In this document: positions 1 to 16,304 of the stretch, piece after piece | Position numbering within the stretch: the stretch's first letter is position 1 | Layout: every line of letters begins with the position of its first letter | Translations under genes and position numbers: made by a program | Notes under the pieces: generated by a model | What the model was told of the DNA's origin: nothing | The model's input: only the letters and a program-made list of their open reading frames with translations | Database searches by the model: none | From: Eledone cirrhosa | Taxonomy: Eukaryota | Reading direction: 5' to 3' | DNA length: 64,000 nucleotides | Assembly (NCBI GenBank): GCA_964016885.1 | Contig: OZ024747.1 | Span: 64,294,001-64,358,000 of the forward strand

Positions 1-1156
1 GTTGCAATGAAAGTAGGAGTGCAAATCTATTGATTAGGAAATCAGATAAAGAACCATCGTAGAAGAGAAGAATTTGAAAATCAAGTAACGAATTCTGAAG
101 GCATATTAACATTTTGTAACGTAAAAAAGCAAAAGGAAATAAAGAAGTATAAATGTCTTGAAATAGAAAAGGAGTATAATGTATAGAAGACAGGTATATA
201 GTCATATTTGAGAAGTTGAAACTTATTGAAGGAGAGAAATATTTCTCTAAGCTTAATTTCGTTTTGAAAAGGAAAATGAAATGTCAATGAAGGCTTGATC
301 GAAAAATAAAGTTTTTGGCTTCTCGGCTTTCAAGTGCTTTCCCGTTACCACAATTTTGTTCTAGGCTCCAGGCAGGAAATCTGCCAACAATAACACATTA
401 CATGAGAGACTCATAGTTTTTCTGTGCAGTCTGGCATATCTAATAACAGCGATTAACACATCAAAAAGTAATAAAGGTTTGGAAGGATAACTGAGTTGGT
501 AATGCTTGGGTAAATTATTAATTATTGCAGATACAATTGATGTATTATAAACGTCTATAGTAGTCGTTGTTATCATACCACGTTCAAACGAACAATAACA
601 ACAATGGCTATATCAATAATAAACTGATTTTCGCCACCCATTATAGACTCCATCCTAGCCACTACACTCAATATAACGAAATATAGAATTAACATCAGAA
701 CATACAATCTAAAGTTACTAACGATTGAATGTATACTTAGAATCTGATACAAAATATGGCGCATAAAAAACTCGACATAAAACTAGTAACTAGAATATAT
801 ACCTATACTCGCCGAAAACGAGGACAATCGTAATAATAACAGTTTCGTATATCCAACTGAAAAGATATAAGTGAACATGAAACATGTTCCTAATGTATTT
901 TTATATTTTACAATTATATTCTAGAAAGGAAACGAAACTAGGCTAATAAACAGGTATAAGGGCTGGTGGGAAAATAGCCCGGATCTAAATGTACCGCTTG
1001 ACTTTAAAGACGTGCTAACGTAAGAAAGGAAGGCGTGAAATGTCAAGCATAGAAAGAGATCAGGAAAAGGAAGGATACATCACGACATCATATGTAATGA
1101 AAGCAAAACACGAAAATATAAATCAAGAGTAATGAACGAAACCTAACAAATAATAT

Positions 1157-1185
<29 letters not shown>

Positions 1186-1189
<4 letters not shown>

Positions 1190-1411
1190 CAACTATGTCA
1201 GAGCCAAATTTCAGTTATATATATAAAATTGGAATTTGGCTCTGACATAGCTGTATACATACAAGTATGTGAATTTCATAATTTCATATGGTATTTTTTA
1301 TAAATAAAAATGTTGTTGAAAGCCGAGCTATGAATATTGAGAGGCTGACGGCTTGCGTCGTCTACCGATTTCCAGCAGAAGCTGACACCCGCTCAGCCAA
1401 TATTCATAGCT
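1186..1411 (-). mobile_element. PLE-like 3' remnant with two small fold-backs in (TA)n
   Basis: Inverted repeats tatacaactatgtcagagccaaatt/aatttggctctgacatagctgtata and agctatgaatattg/caatattcatagct. The minus strand carries cagc-ttct-gctg-GAAA, resembling the 3' half of an HHR. Confidence 0.5.
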
Positions 1412-1440
1412 AAACATACCGTATATCTTTAGATATACGA

Positions 1441-1456
1441 GAGAGAGAGAGAAAGA

Positions 1457-1538
<82 letters not shown>
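1441..1538. repeat. (GA)n microsatellite
   Basis: Read directly. Confidence 0.95.
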
Positions 1539-1544
<6 letters not shown>

Positions 1545-2076
1545 TAAGTAGAGAGAGATCTAAAGGAGAACATCATTAAAACATTACGAAATTTAGATGA
1601 TACAATGTATTTTCTAAGGAAAAAGCTTTATCGATAAAATAGAACAAGAATGAAAATATACTTATTTATCAAAAGTACCTAAAGCAGCCAGAAATATCAA
1701 TATCACCAGGCTAAAGGAAATAATATATACAACAATCAGCATCTGTGTTTACAACACAATCTGTGTATTTACTCAGATTTTCTAATAAAAGAATATGAAA
1801 CATAAACAAACAACATTAAACATATACACAGTTAAACACAAATCAAAACCCAAAACTATAATGTTGGTTTAAATAGTTCGTTCTTCAGAAGGGTTTGTTT
1901 GGTTACTTTAATCTACTACTTCCCTCAATACAACGACTTTATAATATACCTGTTTGACCCATACTCCTAAAACACTACATGTAACGCAGCCGCTTTCAAT
2001 TCCTTCTCTCTCTAATATATTTGGTTTGTAACTACTTTCTGTCTCTATTCAATATTTGTTTTTCTAACTGAATATA

Positions 2077-2316
2077 CAAAGTGACCACAAAAACACTTCT
2101 TGATTTCACATACATATAATATGAAAACTCAATTGAATATTCTTACAATATTGGTGGCTACAGTTGCATATACTAACAAGTTTCATGTGGTATTGGTTGC
2201 TATCATAGACATTCGATGAAAGAATATTCATTTATTTAAGAATATTGTAATAATATTCATTTAAGTTTTGATATTATAAGTATTTGAAATCAAGGAGTGT
2301 TTTTGTGGTCACCCTG
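2077..2316. mobile_element. Tc1/mariner-type MITE
   Basis: TIRs of about 35 bp, caaagtgaccacaaaaacacttcttgatttca / tgaaatcaaggagtgtttttgtggtcaccctg, flanked by TA on both sides. Confidence 0.85.
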
Positions 2317-3133
2317 TATTTTAGGTTTCCATAAGAACTTTTTTTATAAGGATTCAGTTACCATGATTAGAACCCACTTAATACTTCCAGTAGGTATCTG
2401 ATTTCAATTTTCGACTCAGTATTTATCGCCTATGAACACCTCTTCGTGCCTTTTGCATTGCTGCATTGTAAACAGCTTTCAGATGTGTCAAGCTGTTTCA
2501 CCCTTTACATCTTTCATGTCCAGAAGAAACATATAACAGATTATCATGATAATGTTATTACTGACGTGTTGAACCATTAATTTTGATTCTCAGATCTTCA
2601 ATCGCCACATTGCCTTGTTATCTGTAATGATGAATCCCTCTCTTCCAATTTTATCTCTTATATGCATCTGTTTCTTTCCTAAGCTGGAAATACGCCCAAA
2701 TATATTCTTCGATCTTTAGTTGTATTTTTCCTCCTCGATGTTGGCGGCGGTGTTTAACTTCAAATCATTGACAATTGATCAACCGTTTAAAGATTGTATT
2801 TTTCTTTAGGTCGGAATATTTCATTATCTAAAGTAGCTTTTCAAAGGAGGAATGGTTTGATTTGAGGGAGTTCGGAGTGATTTTTCTGACAGATCGAATA
2901 ACCAAGTCGAGATTTCTTTAGATCGATATCGCTTTTTTATCTGATATAGGGATTCATTCAAACTTTATACTTTTTCCGATCTTTCAAAATACAAAGGTAA
3001 ACCTTTTTCAGAATAAATAAGATACTCGATGAATAATTCTACTTTTGAGTGACATTTGAGGTGATGCATGAATATTCGACGGTTGATTCCGTCAGTTGAT
3101 TTAGCTAAATTTTATTTTGATTAGCAGTATTTA

Positions 3134-3258
3134 ATACATGGGATCAACTCAATAACACACACACACTCTCCCTCTCTCTCTCTCTCTATTATATATATAT
3201 CTAGAATGAGAGAGAGAAAGAGAGAGCGTGTGTGTGTGTGTGTTATTGAGTTGATCCC

Positions 3259-3264
<6 letters not shown>
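3134..3264. repeat. Fold-back (inverted duplication) with CA/CT versus AG/TG arms
   Basis: atacatgggatcaactcaataacacac... / ...gtgtgttattgagttgatcccatgtat. Confidence 0.9.
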
Positions 3265-3311
<47 letters not shown>

Positions 3312-3319
<8 letters not shown>

Positions 3320-3451
3320 TAACAGATTAAAGTTTAAGCAAAGGATTCTTTGCTTAAACTTTCATCTGTTATTTTAATAAATATTTGGTCTATGGTTTTT
3401 ATATACTTTTATATATATATTATCCTTATCGAGCCCTCTTCTGATTTTAGC

Positions 3452-3455
<4 letters not shown>
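3312..3455 (+). mobile_element. PLE 3'-end remnant (family A) with inverted 5' piece
   Basis: Hairpin ttaaaataacagattaaagtttaagcaaag/ctttgcttaaactttcatctgttattttaa. The body matches 43827-43945 and 50869-50990, and it is flanked by (TA)n. Confidence 0.75.
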
Positions 3456-3496
<41 letters not shown>

Positions 3497-5467
3497 GGCT
3501 ATCACCGAAATATATATAACGGTAAGGAAATAAATTAATTATGAAATGTTGACTAATACCTCTTGTTTATAAATTTACTCCGGAGTTGACAGACCTTCTT
3601 GTGGCCTTCGTCTACCAGATTTCACTACGGTAACAGTAAACCGGAAATTGGATTAGAATATACTCTTCCTTGAGGCTACGCAGCGAGATTCAACTATGAA
3701 CCAAGCAAACACCTTAATCCATAAGCCACCCTGTCATTATTTATCTAATTTTAGTCATAAATTCTCTGATACGATATACATTTTCTAAATGTTACTCCGG
3801 TTATAATTGCCGTCATGAGAATTTCAATAGTTCAGATTTCTGTCGCACCAACAAATGCACCGCTGTGCTCTCGAGATACGTATGTAGAATCGGCATTTGG
3901 GAGTGTAGGGTTATGTTTGTATGCGAAATATGTTTTGCTTGCTTTTGTTTGTTTGTTTGCTCGGTTCTTTGTTGTTTACTACAGTATTAAAAATGTGTGT
4001 CGTATAGAGAGTAACCTATTTGTGATGTGTAATTTTGGTAAATGCTGTTTGAGTTTTGTGTGAGTTGGCGAGTTTCACTATGTATAGAGAGAATTGCAGG
4101 CAATCAATTTATAGTTTGTATACTGTGTGTGCAGACTTAGAGAGAGACAGAGAGAGACGAGTTTCATGGGATTATAAAGGTCAAAGACACGCCGAATATC
4201 TCGATGAGGCCCTTACGACTCATCAGGAGTTAATGGCTTAGGAAAAGTAGTAATAAGACAAATCGACACTAGTTTCTGCCAAAAGAAACTAAATCAAGCA
4301 ACACTATTTGCTAAGGATATTAAATTGATTCAAGTGAATCACTGTTGTCATATCAATGCATACATCAATATATCCCGCTTCATTTTCGTAGTTGATGTCT
4401 TTGTAGAATGCATAAAGATCACAAACAATTATTTTGTCTCTCCTAAATATATTCTCAGTGTATTTTATTTCTATCAGAACACATTACTTTCATGTTTACA
4501 ATTTTTGTATGGGTTAATTATACTTTTCATCGTTCTTGAATTAAGCTGAAACTATACCAATAATTTACAGTATAGGATGTAAATAAAAATAAGCTGCGTA
4601 ACTAGAAAATCAGTATTGCGCTTTGGAAAAAGTTTCATTATATAATTTATTATTATATCTTTACTAACAGTTGATGTTATTGAATATATCATGACCATAG
4701 AATGTTTTTAAATGGAATGCACATGAAATGTTCTAGCTATTGAGAAATAAACACTTTGTAAAGAAGGTTATGTCAGAATTTTCGCATGATTCAATTGGAT
4801 GATACGAGGATTATAGATACGGCTTTAATAGTTGTTCTCTGGACATAGGAAAATAGTTGGGAATCGGCCAGTAAAGTAGAGAAAAGCAGAAAAGAGATAT
4901 ATCACGGTATCATACGAGAAACTTCTGTTAATTCCCCCTCAAAGCACAGCATTAGTAGCTAAATGGTTTCTGCCTCTTTATATACAGGGAATCAATACAT
5001 TATTTAATGCTCATCTTCACTGATGTAGAAAAGGGATTTTGTGAGAGAACGAATGTAGTTATTTTAGAACACTTCAGATGGCGAGAGGATCAAAGTAAAT
5101 ACCCTGCTCTAAACACATAAGTTTTCGTTTTCTATATTGTTCGTTTACTTTGAACTGAGGAATACATTGCTAGTATCGCTTGCCGGTCAGCTAATATGGT
5201 AACGTTAACTATAAAGGGACAAAGACATGGAACTGGTGAAATATATAACAGTGTGAAAGACAGACGGACTGACAGGGAAATATGAGATATAGATAAATAG
5301 AGAGAGAGACTGGGTGAAATATAGAGGAGAGAGATAAATAGAGATTTAGACTGAGTGAAATGTAGAGGAAAGAAAGAGGGAGAGAGAGCACGAATGAGAG
5401 ACAGAGGGTAGTTGCAAGAAGAGAGAGATGAGGGTTTAAAAGAGAGAGAAACCGACATGGGTATAGG

Positions 5468-5802
<335 letters not shown>

Positions 5803-6074
5803 ACGTGGTAATAAAATATATAGAAAGCTGCAGATATTTAGGAGAAAGAGAAAATTTAGTTTGATTGAAAAAATTGTTAATTAATGATCGATCATTTATT
5901 AGCAATACTAACAGATTCAATCAGAGTGTTAAACTACATATTTTCATTATAGATGCAATATCGCTGAATAGTTCAGAGGTTCGTTTCACAATCAATACCT
6001 TCGATGCCAATTGTGTCACATTCTAGGAATGTGCCATATACTATAACTCTCAGTTCGTGTGAGTGTAACAGAGT

Positions 6075-6354
6075 TAGGGATGGATTTAGACCGTGGCGGA
6101 CCCATGGCACTTCAGGTTTGTGGGTCCCCTCAAACTCAGAAAATTAGAATGCACAACAAACCCCTAATTTTATATATCAAAGTTAGATTGACAGAAGTAA
6201 TTTAACAGGTATTAAATTTGAAAATTCTAATCATCCTAAAACTAAAAAGCCCATCTTAGAGCATAAATTAATTGCTACGGCCGTCACTGGTAGGGCCCCC
6301 TACTGCAGGACCTGAGGTAATTGCTCCGTTTGTCCCACATTAAATTCTGCCCTG
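6075..6354. mobile_element. hAT-type MITE
   Basis: Perfect 8-bp TSD AACAGAGT at 6067-6074 and 6355-6362, degenerate TIR tagggatggattta/taaattctgccctg, and a related partial copy at about 34487-34765. Confidence 0.8.
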
Positions 6355-6989
6355 AACAGAGTAGACAGAAACTGTTTAGAACGTTAGCTTGACTGTGACT
6401 AATTCAAAAAGGTCAGCCTTGCTACACACTGTGACTCACAGAGTCTTCCTGAGAACAGCGTTATATGTACATATGTCCGTGAAATTACCACTTAGACGGT
6501 AATCTTTGAACAGACTGATTCGTATATAGACAGACTGACGGATGTCCATATCCCTGTGATGGTCGTCGACCATCACAGGGGTATCTGACAGTATCCACCT
6601 AGTATCCATACTAGTAGTGTCTGACAGTATCCACTTCATTCTGCTCTTTTAACGAGTAAAACAAATACACCCTCAATTCCTTGTAGAATAGCTTCCTACT
6701 GACTGAAAAGGAGCAGCTGAATTAGCTGTGAGGTTAAGAAGTTCGATTCGCAGGTTCAATTAATCAGGGCGGTACTTTCAGCATGTGTAGTCTACTATAG
6801 CCAGTGGTTAACGTATACTTTGTGAGAAAATCAGCCAATATTCACTGTTTCGCTGTTTCTGTCTGAAAATTAATTTAAGTTAACACATATCTCTGGAACA
6901 ACACTCTCATCTACCCACATTTTATTCGGTTTACTGGCAATTCTGTTAACACTTTAACTGAAATATTCATCTTCGAAACGTAAAAGGGT

Positions 6990-7310
6990 AAATACTCCCT
7001 TCAGTGACGAATGGCCATGGAATTTGCACCTAGAAAGTTCCCCTCCGAGGCACCATGTCCGGGCAAGTAAGACCAGCACTCTCCCATGCATACCGGTCTC
7101 TCCTTTCCATAACACCAGTGTTGTCCAAGGAAAAGGCCCAGGCCGATACATCTTGGCACTAGTGACGCCGCAACTCATTTCTACAGCTGTGTGAACTGGA
7201 ACAACGTGAAATAAAGTGTCTTGCTCAAGAACGCTACGGAAAACCCGGTCCAAGAATCGAATTCATAACTTTACGATTGTAAGCCCGACGCTTTAACCAC
7301 TAAGCCATGC
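6990..7310 (-). mobile_element. tRNA-derived SINE (family with cttgagcaagacacttt central motif)
   Basis: Minus-strand A-box ggcttagtggttaaagcg and B-box-like ttcgattc. Homologous to 16305-16636. Confidence 0.75.
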
Positions 7311-7934
7311 ATATACGAATATGCATTCATATACGAATATCCAATTACTTTATGTATATTTCTCCTTATGCACATTTGACACATACACTCTTAAAATGAT
7401 AGGTATTCACATCTACATTACACACATTTTATAGACACATTTATAAGTATATACATCCAATTAAGACACTTGATATTAAAGATTTCCTGTCTTACATTTC
7501 TACAATCATCATTCAACTTGATATTGTGACACAAGTAATTGTGGTATGAAGGAGACTCTTATAAAGTTTGACATCATAGAATTCATATGAATGAATGGGA
7601 AATATACTAAAGAGCATTGATATTAATACAGTAGATCTATATCTTTTATATACTGAAGCAGGAGTGGTAGATTGGAAGAAAACGTCTAGTACCATATACG
7701 ATCTAGTTATATCTCTTTACAGTCTAAGTTCAAATTCAAACAAGATCGATTTTAAGTGTATTCTTCTAAGCGGAAATAAAACATATCACGTAACTGGGAT
7801 TAATTTAATTCAGTTTGTCCATAATCAAGAATGTGTGGCTTTTCTACCGATATAGATATTTAATTGAGGCACATGATGGATAAATTTGAGATGAGGGGGC
7901 TGGTGGTGACAAAGGTAATTAAACCAACCTCATT

Positions 7935-8330
7935 ATTTAACTGGTGCTTTATTTTATCGAAACAGGAAAGATGAAACGCAAAGTTGATCACTGCAGGATT
8001 TGAATTCACAATCTGAAAGCCACAACATCTACTGCATTGGCATTTTATCTGAGGCTCAAACAATTCCGGTAATCTACCACATTTTATACTAAACAGTAAA
8101 CTTAGCATCGCTATATCATATACTGATATATCATATACTGAATCATGGGCAGTAAATTGGGAGAATGGGCCTAATGCATTGTGATATCAAGTCTTTATTA
8201 TCCTAGTTCAAATTCTACTCAGGTCGACTTTACCGTTTATCTTTCTAAGGTTGATAAAATAGCAATGGGGTTTATTTTGTGCACAGCGCCCATACACCCA
8301 ATATGTGTGGCCTTTTTCTTACCAATAATA
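7935..8330. mobile_element. Two degenerate Meta-like SINE copies in divergent orientation
   Basis: ttttatcga...gatgaaacgcaaagttga (minus) and gttcaaattc...gtcgactttaccgtttatc (plus). Confidence 0.55.
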
Positions 8331-9215
8331 AAATGAACATTGTGTATTGACGTTAGATATAGGATTAAAAGATTAATAAAAGACACTAAATATTCTAATT
8401 TTAAATCTCACCTTATATAATAGAGTAAATCTCCAAAGCATATATGACTGTGTTAAAGATATTCGGCGGTCTCTAAGCAATACATAATACTGCAAATGAC
8501 GCCTTAATCTGGCTTAGCAATCTCAATCTGTTTCTTTAACCATTGTGCATATGTCATACGACAAAGAAGATGTGTCAAAGATCAGGACCTGAATACTGAA
8601 ATGTGTTGAACATAATATATGCATTGTTTGCCAGGAAATAAGACAATAACTAACACACTGAAGTTCAAGTGTAAGATAAACTCATTTCTTCAACTATTTA
8701 CATTACCTACCAAACACTGTCGAAAATGATCTGCTATGGGATTTCGTCCACATATCATTATATTACACACCAGTAAATAGAGCTATCACTTTTAAATTCC
8801 ATTGACCATTAATGTACAATTTTAAATGGGGTTATCATTTTAATCTCATTAATATTCAGAAACTTAAATTCGTACATTAACTGAATTTACATTCAATATA
8901 TTATCTAATATTTACACAATAGTGTTTTACCTTGCCAATTTCTGTTCCAACGCCATTTAAACTCCATGAAATTACAATGTAATCTACTATCAAAGATCAT
9001 GAGAACATTGTTACGTATATCTAACATAATCATTACTCTAATTTCCATGTATAAATACATAAAACGCCTGTATTTTTATAGCAGTTTAACTGAGGCTAGG
9101 GATATGAAACTGAAGTTAGAGAAAGACTCATACATTATATTTGTATTGATAACTTTCACGACAGCGTTGTTTGATTTATTACTTGACAACTGATTCTAGC
9201 ATGAATATACATCCC

Positions 9216-9243
<28 letters not shown>

Positions 9244-9247
<4 letters not shown>

Positions 9248-9420
9248 ATATAGAAATGGCTTCTAGAGGACTAGAAGTATTTCATTCGAAGGAAATTATC
9301 AGGAAATGGTTTCCTTCGAATGAGACAGTTCTAGTCCCGTAGAAGCCATTTGTATATTAAATATTTAAACTCTGTAATGTATTGACTACCTTACTGTGGT
9401 TACCCCGTTTAAACCCGACA
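9244..9420 (+). mobile_element. PLE-like remnant with fold-back 5' end
   Basis: Arms gaaatggcttctagaggactagaa...attcgaaggaaa / tttccttcgaat...ttctagtcccgtagaagccattt. A related sequence lies at about 43995. Confidence 0.6.
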
Positions 9421-9620
9421 CGCACACAAAGACACACATAAAGTATATATATTTATATATATATATATACATTTTGAGTATATGTTGGTTGTATACCAAC
9501 AACTTAGTATGCAGATTGGAGCACTCGACGAAGTGTGCAGGTTGGTTTGATTACTCCGGAGTAATGTAAAATAAAATAAAATAAATAAGTCAAATGTTTA
9601 AAATTTGGCTTCGTTTATTA

Positions 9621-9673
9621 CTGCTATATATATTTCGGTGACAGCCATCTTTGGCTGTAACCTCTTCAGGCAG
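9621..9673 (-). ncRNA. Minimal type-I hammerhead ribozyme, intact core
   Basis: Minus strand reads ctgc CTGAAGA ggttacagcc-aaagat-ggctgtcacc GAAA t-atat-a TA gcag. Stems I, II and III all pair, with an AUA cleavage triplet. Confidence 0.8.
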
Positions 9674-9979
9674 TCCGAATTAGTGTGGTAGAGACGAGTA
9701 CACATGTTGTTGAGGTGTTTAACTTTGTCAATACTCTGATATGCCCAGTTCCTGGTTGGGTTGTTGTTTCATTGAGGAACTGGAATCATATGAATTTAAA
9801 CAAACGAATTTCAGCGTCGACGGACATCTTCTCCTCTCATTGGTCAGTTGTGTGAACATTCCTCAGTCAAAATAATATAGAAGTTCCTTCTGAGGCTGTG
9901 GTGGGTTTTCTTGTTATTGCTAAGTACATCCGACCTCTACTCTTATGTTGGTAGTGGTGTTGATGTTAGTGTCAGCTCA

Positions 9980-10204
9980 AAAAAATGATAAAGTGGTAGA
10001 AGGAATAAGGTGGTAGAGGAATCAAATAAAATAATCAAATAAAATGTGTGTGTTGTACCCAATCTCAATTTTATAAAAATGTGTAAGTTCACTCCCATTG
10101 GTCAGTTTTTTATAGCATTGAAATTGCGTATAACACACACATTGTATTTGATTATTTTATTTTGTTCCACTACCACCTTATACCTTCTACCACTTTATCA
10201 TTTT
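9980..10204. repeat. Inverted repeat, arms of about 60 bp, abutting (TA)n
   Basis: aaaatgataaagtggtagaagg...aataatcaaata / tatttgattatt...ccttctaccactttatcatttt. Confidence 0.85.
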
Positions 10205-10314
10205 ATCATATATATATATTTATCATATATATATATATCATATATATATATATATACATATATATTTATCATATATATATATATATCATATATATATATA
10301 CATATATATTTATC

Positions 10315-12567
<2,253 letters not shown>

Positions 12568-12570
<3 letters not shown>

Positions 12571-12640
12571 GGTGTCTCCAGAAAATGTACTTAAATCAAA
12601 ATGTGATTGAAATATGTATTCATTTTTGTGCAACACCTTG
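12568..12640. mobile_element. Tiny mariner-type MITE remnant
   Basis: TA-cagggtgtctccagaaaatg ... catttttgtgcaacaccttg-TA. Confidence 0.55.
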
Positions 12641-12999
12641 TATATATATATAATATATATATAGATAGATAGATATATAGATAGATAGAGATAGGGGGGG
12701 GGGGGTGTATATAATTATATATTGTGAAAATAGTTGTAGACAAGCCGGAAAGATCATTTTAAAAAAATTATTGCCTCTTAACGTTATATATTCAATATCA
12801 ATATATTCCACATGTTATTGTGAAACTTCAAAGAACAAGAAATTATATGTTTGATAGAACAGATATTGGAGAGAAGGGAAAATGGCTTCTACAGTTTAAG
12901 GTTAAAACTAATGCAACCTACTCACACATGTATGGACACTCCAACGAAAATATACATGTATTTGTATATATTTCTCAGTATATAATTATATATATATAT

Positions 13000-13134
<135 letters not shown>

Positions 13135-13220
13135 AATAGATACAAATATAATTATATACATATATATTTATATATATATATATATATATACATTGAAAGA
13201 AAGAAATACAGACATAATTC

Positions 13221-13290
<70 letters not shown>

Positions 13291-13525
13291 CGCACATACA
13301 AACACTCGAAACAAATTATGATTGATTCGTAAAGCAAATCGCCCGAATCAACGTAAAAAATAGAATTTCCTGTAAGAACCGGAAATGAGTTGCTATAATA
13401 ATATATTAATATATATTTCATATTTACACCGAAAATACTTTTTTAAAGTTAGGGCTAAATAAAAGGGAAGAGCTACCGGATTTACATCAATTTTAAATAC
13501 AATATTTATGTATCACGAACAGAAG

Positions 13526-13574
<49 letters not shown>

Positions 13575-13734
13575 TATATATATAAGATGTATACACACAT
13601 ATATATCTATATAGTCTAGTTAAATTTCGTAAATATACAAGCTGGTAGGTTTCGAAATTAGGAGGACAAGTGACACACACACACACACACACACATACGC
13701 ACATATAAATATACACATACAAATATACATACAT

Positions 13735-13993
13735 ACATGATGGCTGCCCCCTCATTATAGAGTATAGCCATTGAACGATATTACATTAGTAATGATTGTT
13801 TCTACTTTTGTCACAAGGCCAACAATTATCTCAGTGCATTACTGGTACTTTATTTTATCGACCCCATAAGGATGAAAGGCAAAATTAACCTCGGCGGGAT
13901 GTGAACACAGTCCGTAAAGGCTAGTGTGCAATGCCTGTGCGTGAAGATTTTTTTTTTAATTGAGGAAAGACAGACTGTGCACTGAACCAATCA
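13735..13993 (-). mobile_element. RTE-derived non-autonomous element interrupted by a Meta-like SINE (13791-13920)
   Basis: The flanks match 24535-24670. The inner segment has ctggtactttattttatcgacccc. Confidence 0.65.
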
Positions 13994-14006
13994 CATACAT
14001 ACATAC

Positions 14007-14422
14007 ATGGTGGCTGCCAACTCGTTTTCGAGTACGGCCACCACTTTATATCCATGTAAGAGAACCCCTACCGATGCGCTGAACCGGTGTGACTTTTTAG
14101 TTCAGCCAGCGACTTGAAAACTCTGGTACAAACACTACACTTGTGACAATTATTGACACATAGTGCTGGGCCCATGGTACCATGTGACGACAAGTGCAGA
14201 GTGATCTCCAGATATAAAGCAATGCCTGTGCCCTGAAGCTTTTATAGTGAGCAAAGGTACTGCACAAAGCCAGTCCCACTCTCTTAACCAAGATGATATT
14301 TACCAAAAAGAATTACAAGTGAACATCATTGGATCTCATCAGGGTTGCATGTGTTATATCAGAGTTTTCCTTCTCCTAGAATTCTGCCTTGACAAAGGCT
14401 AAGGGGTCATCTCTCCCGGTGA
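14007..14422 (-). mobile_element. 5'-truncated copy of the RTE-derived element at 30833-31440
   Basis: Highly similar reverse complement of 31026-31440, flanked by (TACA)n. Confidence 0.85.
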
Positions 14423-14480
14423 GATACATACATACATAGATACATACATACATACATATATACATACATACATACATATA

Positions 14481-14950
14481 AAACTGATGAAAAATCTGGA
14501 GATAATCCACCCTGATTACACTTTCCGATTTATTCCTGTGATTATTGGGGCAGTGGGGGTATGTTAGTAACTGCCTCAATACAAATCTCGAGAAGCTAGG
14601 CTGCACAAGAATAGAAAGAACACAACTAGTTAGGAAATTACAGGTACAATCCATTGGAACAGTAAAAATATGTAAAACATTCCAAAAATGTTGCATCTAA
14701 TAACTGCATATATACATGTACAGATACAAAGCATACACACATACAACTCAAAACATACACAGCCACACATACAATAACATCCATATCTACACATGCATGC
14801 AAGCATGCATACATAATCTACCTATGAGAGAGTCTTGTGTCTATGTTAGAAACCGACTCTCTCTCTATTGGTAAATATTTGTGAAATTATAAAACCAGAA
14901 GAACATACATACATATATACATAGACATACATACATACATACATACATAC
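14481..14950 (+). mobile_element. R4/Dong-like (RLE) LINE 3' end inserted in (TACA)n
   Basis: Translates KLMKNLEIIHPDYTFRFIPVIIGAVG/(frameshift)YVSNCLNTNLEKLG...KLQVQSIGTVKICKTFQKCCI*, resembling the C-terminus downstream of the R4-clade restriction-like endonuclease. It is followed by a 3' UTR and a (TACA)n tail. Confidence 0.7.
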
Positions 14951-15001
14951 AGTAGACATCCTGACAAAACCGGCTTCGCTGAACCAGAGAGGGGCATTGC
15001 G

Positions 15002-15285
15002 AGTTAGGAAGTTGCAAGTACAGTCCATTTACAGAACTGTAAAATTACGTAATATATTTGAGAAATTCAGCATGTAATAACTACATATACACAAGTATAG
15101 ATACATATAACTCAAAGCATAAGGATTTTCACATTCAATAACGTCCATAAATATACACACACGCAAACACAGACATTCATATGCATTTACCTAGTTCGTG
15201 GAGTCTAAATTTTATTGAGTCTTGTTTCTGTGTCAGGAGCCGACACTCTATTGGTAAAAATGTATAAAATGATAAACCCAGAAGG
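15002..15285 (+). mobile_element. Second, more diverged R4-like 3' end
   Basis: Homologous to 14627-14900 (agttaggaa...ctctattggtaaa...aaaccagaag). Confidence 0.65.
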
Positions 15286-15840
15286 ACACACACACATACA
15301 CACACACACACACACACACAAACAAACAAACAAAGCTCCGGTATACGTTCGGTTCTCTACAAACATTGTGTTTATGCGTATTAAATATATTTATACATTT
15401 TAGGCTATCTGTGTGTGCCTACACGGGAATTAATAATTGTGTTGCATATTTCGATATATTTATGTTTTCCCGGTCGTTTCACCTGAAGGACGTTGTGGCT
15501 TTAGTCTTGATAATTCCGTTATTTGTAGAGCACAGCTTCTCTATGTTTACGTTACCGAATAAAACTGTCCATTTTGAATATGCATGTTATAATTTTAGTA
15601 AGACTTGGCAGATAATTTGACCAGTTCAGTGTGGCACATTCATATACTATTGTCAGCTCTGTTTTGATGTTGATGGTGTGTAGCTGAGCGGGTTGTATTA
15701 ACTATAATGCTTGTATTGTGTTTAAATATATATATTACCATTAACTACAAACAAATGAACGTGAGTTTAGGAACGATGAGTGGAATTTCAATTTTGTGAG
15801 AAGATTAAAAGTTTCATAGATTGTTTGTTTACTATATAAA

Positions 15841-15937
15841 CCCCCTTAACGGAATAAAATTGGACATTACCAAGTGCATATGAAGTGGCAAATGGACATT
15901 AGGACATGCTAATGGCCATTTTCTTCCATTAAGGGTG
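15841..15937. mobile_element. Small TIR element (MITE-like)
   Basis: ccttaacggaataaaattggacatta / taatggccattttcttccattaagg. Confidence 0.45.
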
Positions 15938-15956
15938 TTTATAAACTTTTTATAAA

Positions 15957-16093
15957 AGTTGTTTCTACTTGTGGCACAAGGCCAGCAATTATTCCAGTGT
16001 ATTACTGGTACTTTATTTTATCGACGATTTTAAGGATGAAAGGCAAAGTTAACCTCGGTGGGATTTGAAATCAGATCATAAAGGGCCGTAACT
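15957..16093 (-). mobile_element. Meta-like tRNA SINE (5'-truncated)
   Basis: ggcacaaggccagcaatt...ctggtactttattttatcgac...ggatgaaaggcaaagttaacctcgg. Confidence 0.8.
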
Positions 16094-16304
16094 CCACCGG
16101 CCTATTAATGGTAAAATAAATTCGATGGAGCTTCTAAATAAAACTTTTCTGCAGTGCCCGTAAACGAACCTAACCAATGTTTGTTACCGTTGAGCGCCGT
16201 TTCTTTGATAACTTATAGACTGAGATATAAAACTAATATATTAATTAATATTTTACTATTTAGTTTCGTTCTGTGAGGTATACAATAACGGTTTGAGGAG
16301 GGAT

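Noticed and set aside
285-381. Possible minus-strand exon after ttattgttggcag (FPAWSLEQNCGNGKALESREAK...)
   Set aside because: Short, with no recognisable homology and no partner exons.
2590-2780. Possible RTE C-terminal remnant on the minus strand (similar trace at 62540-62800 on plus)
   Set aside because: Only faint peptide resemblance across several frameshifts.
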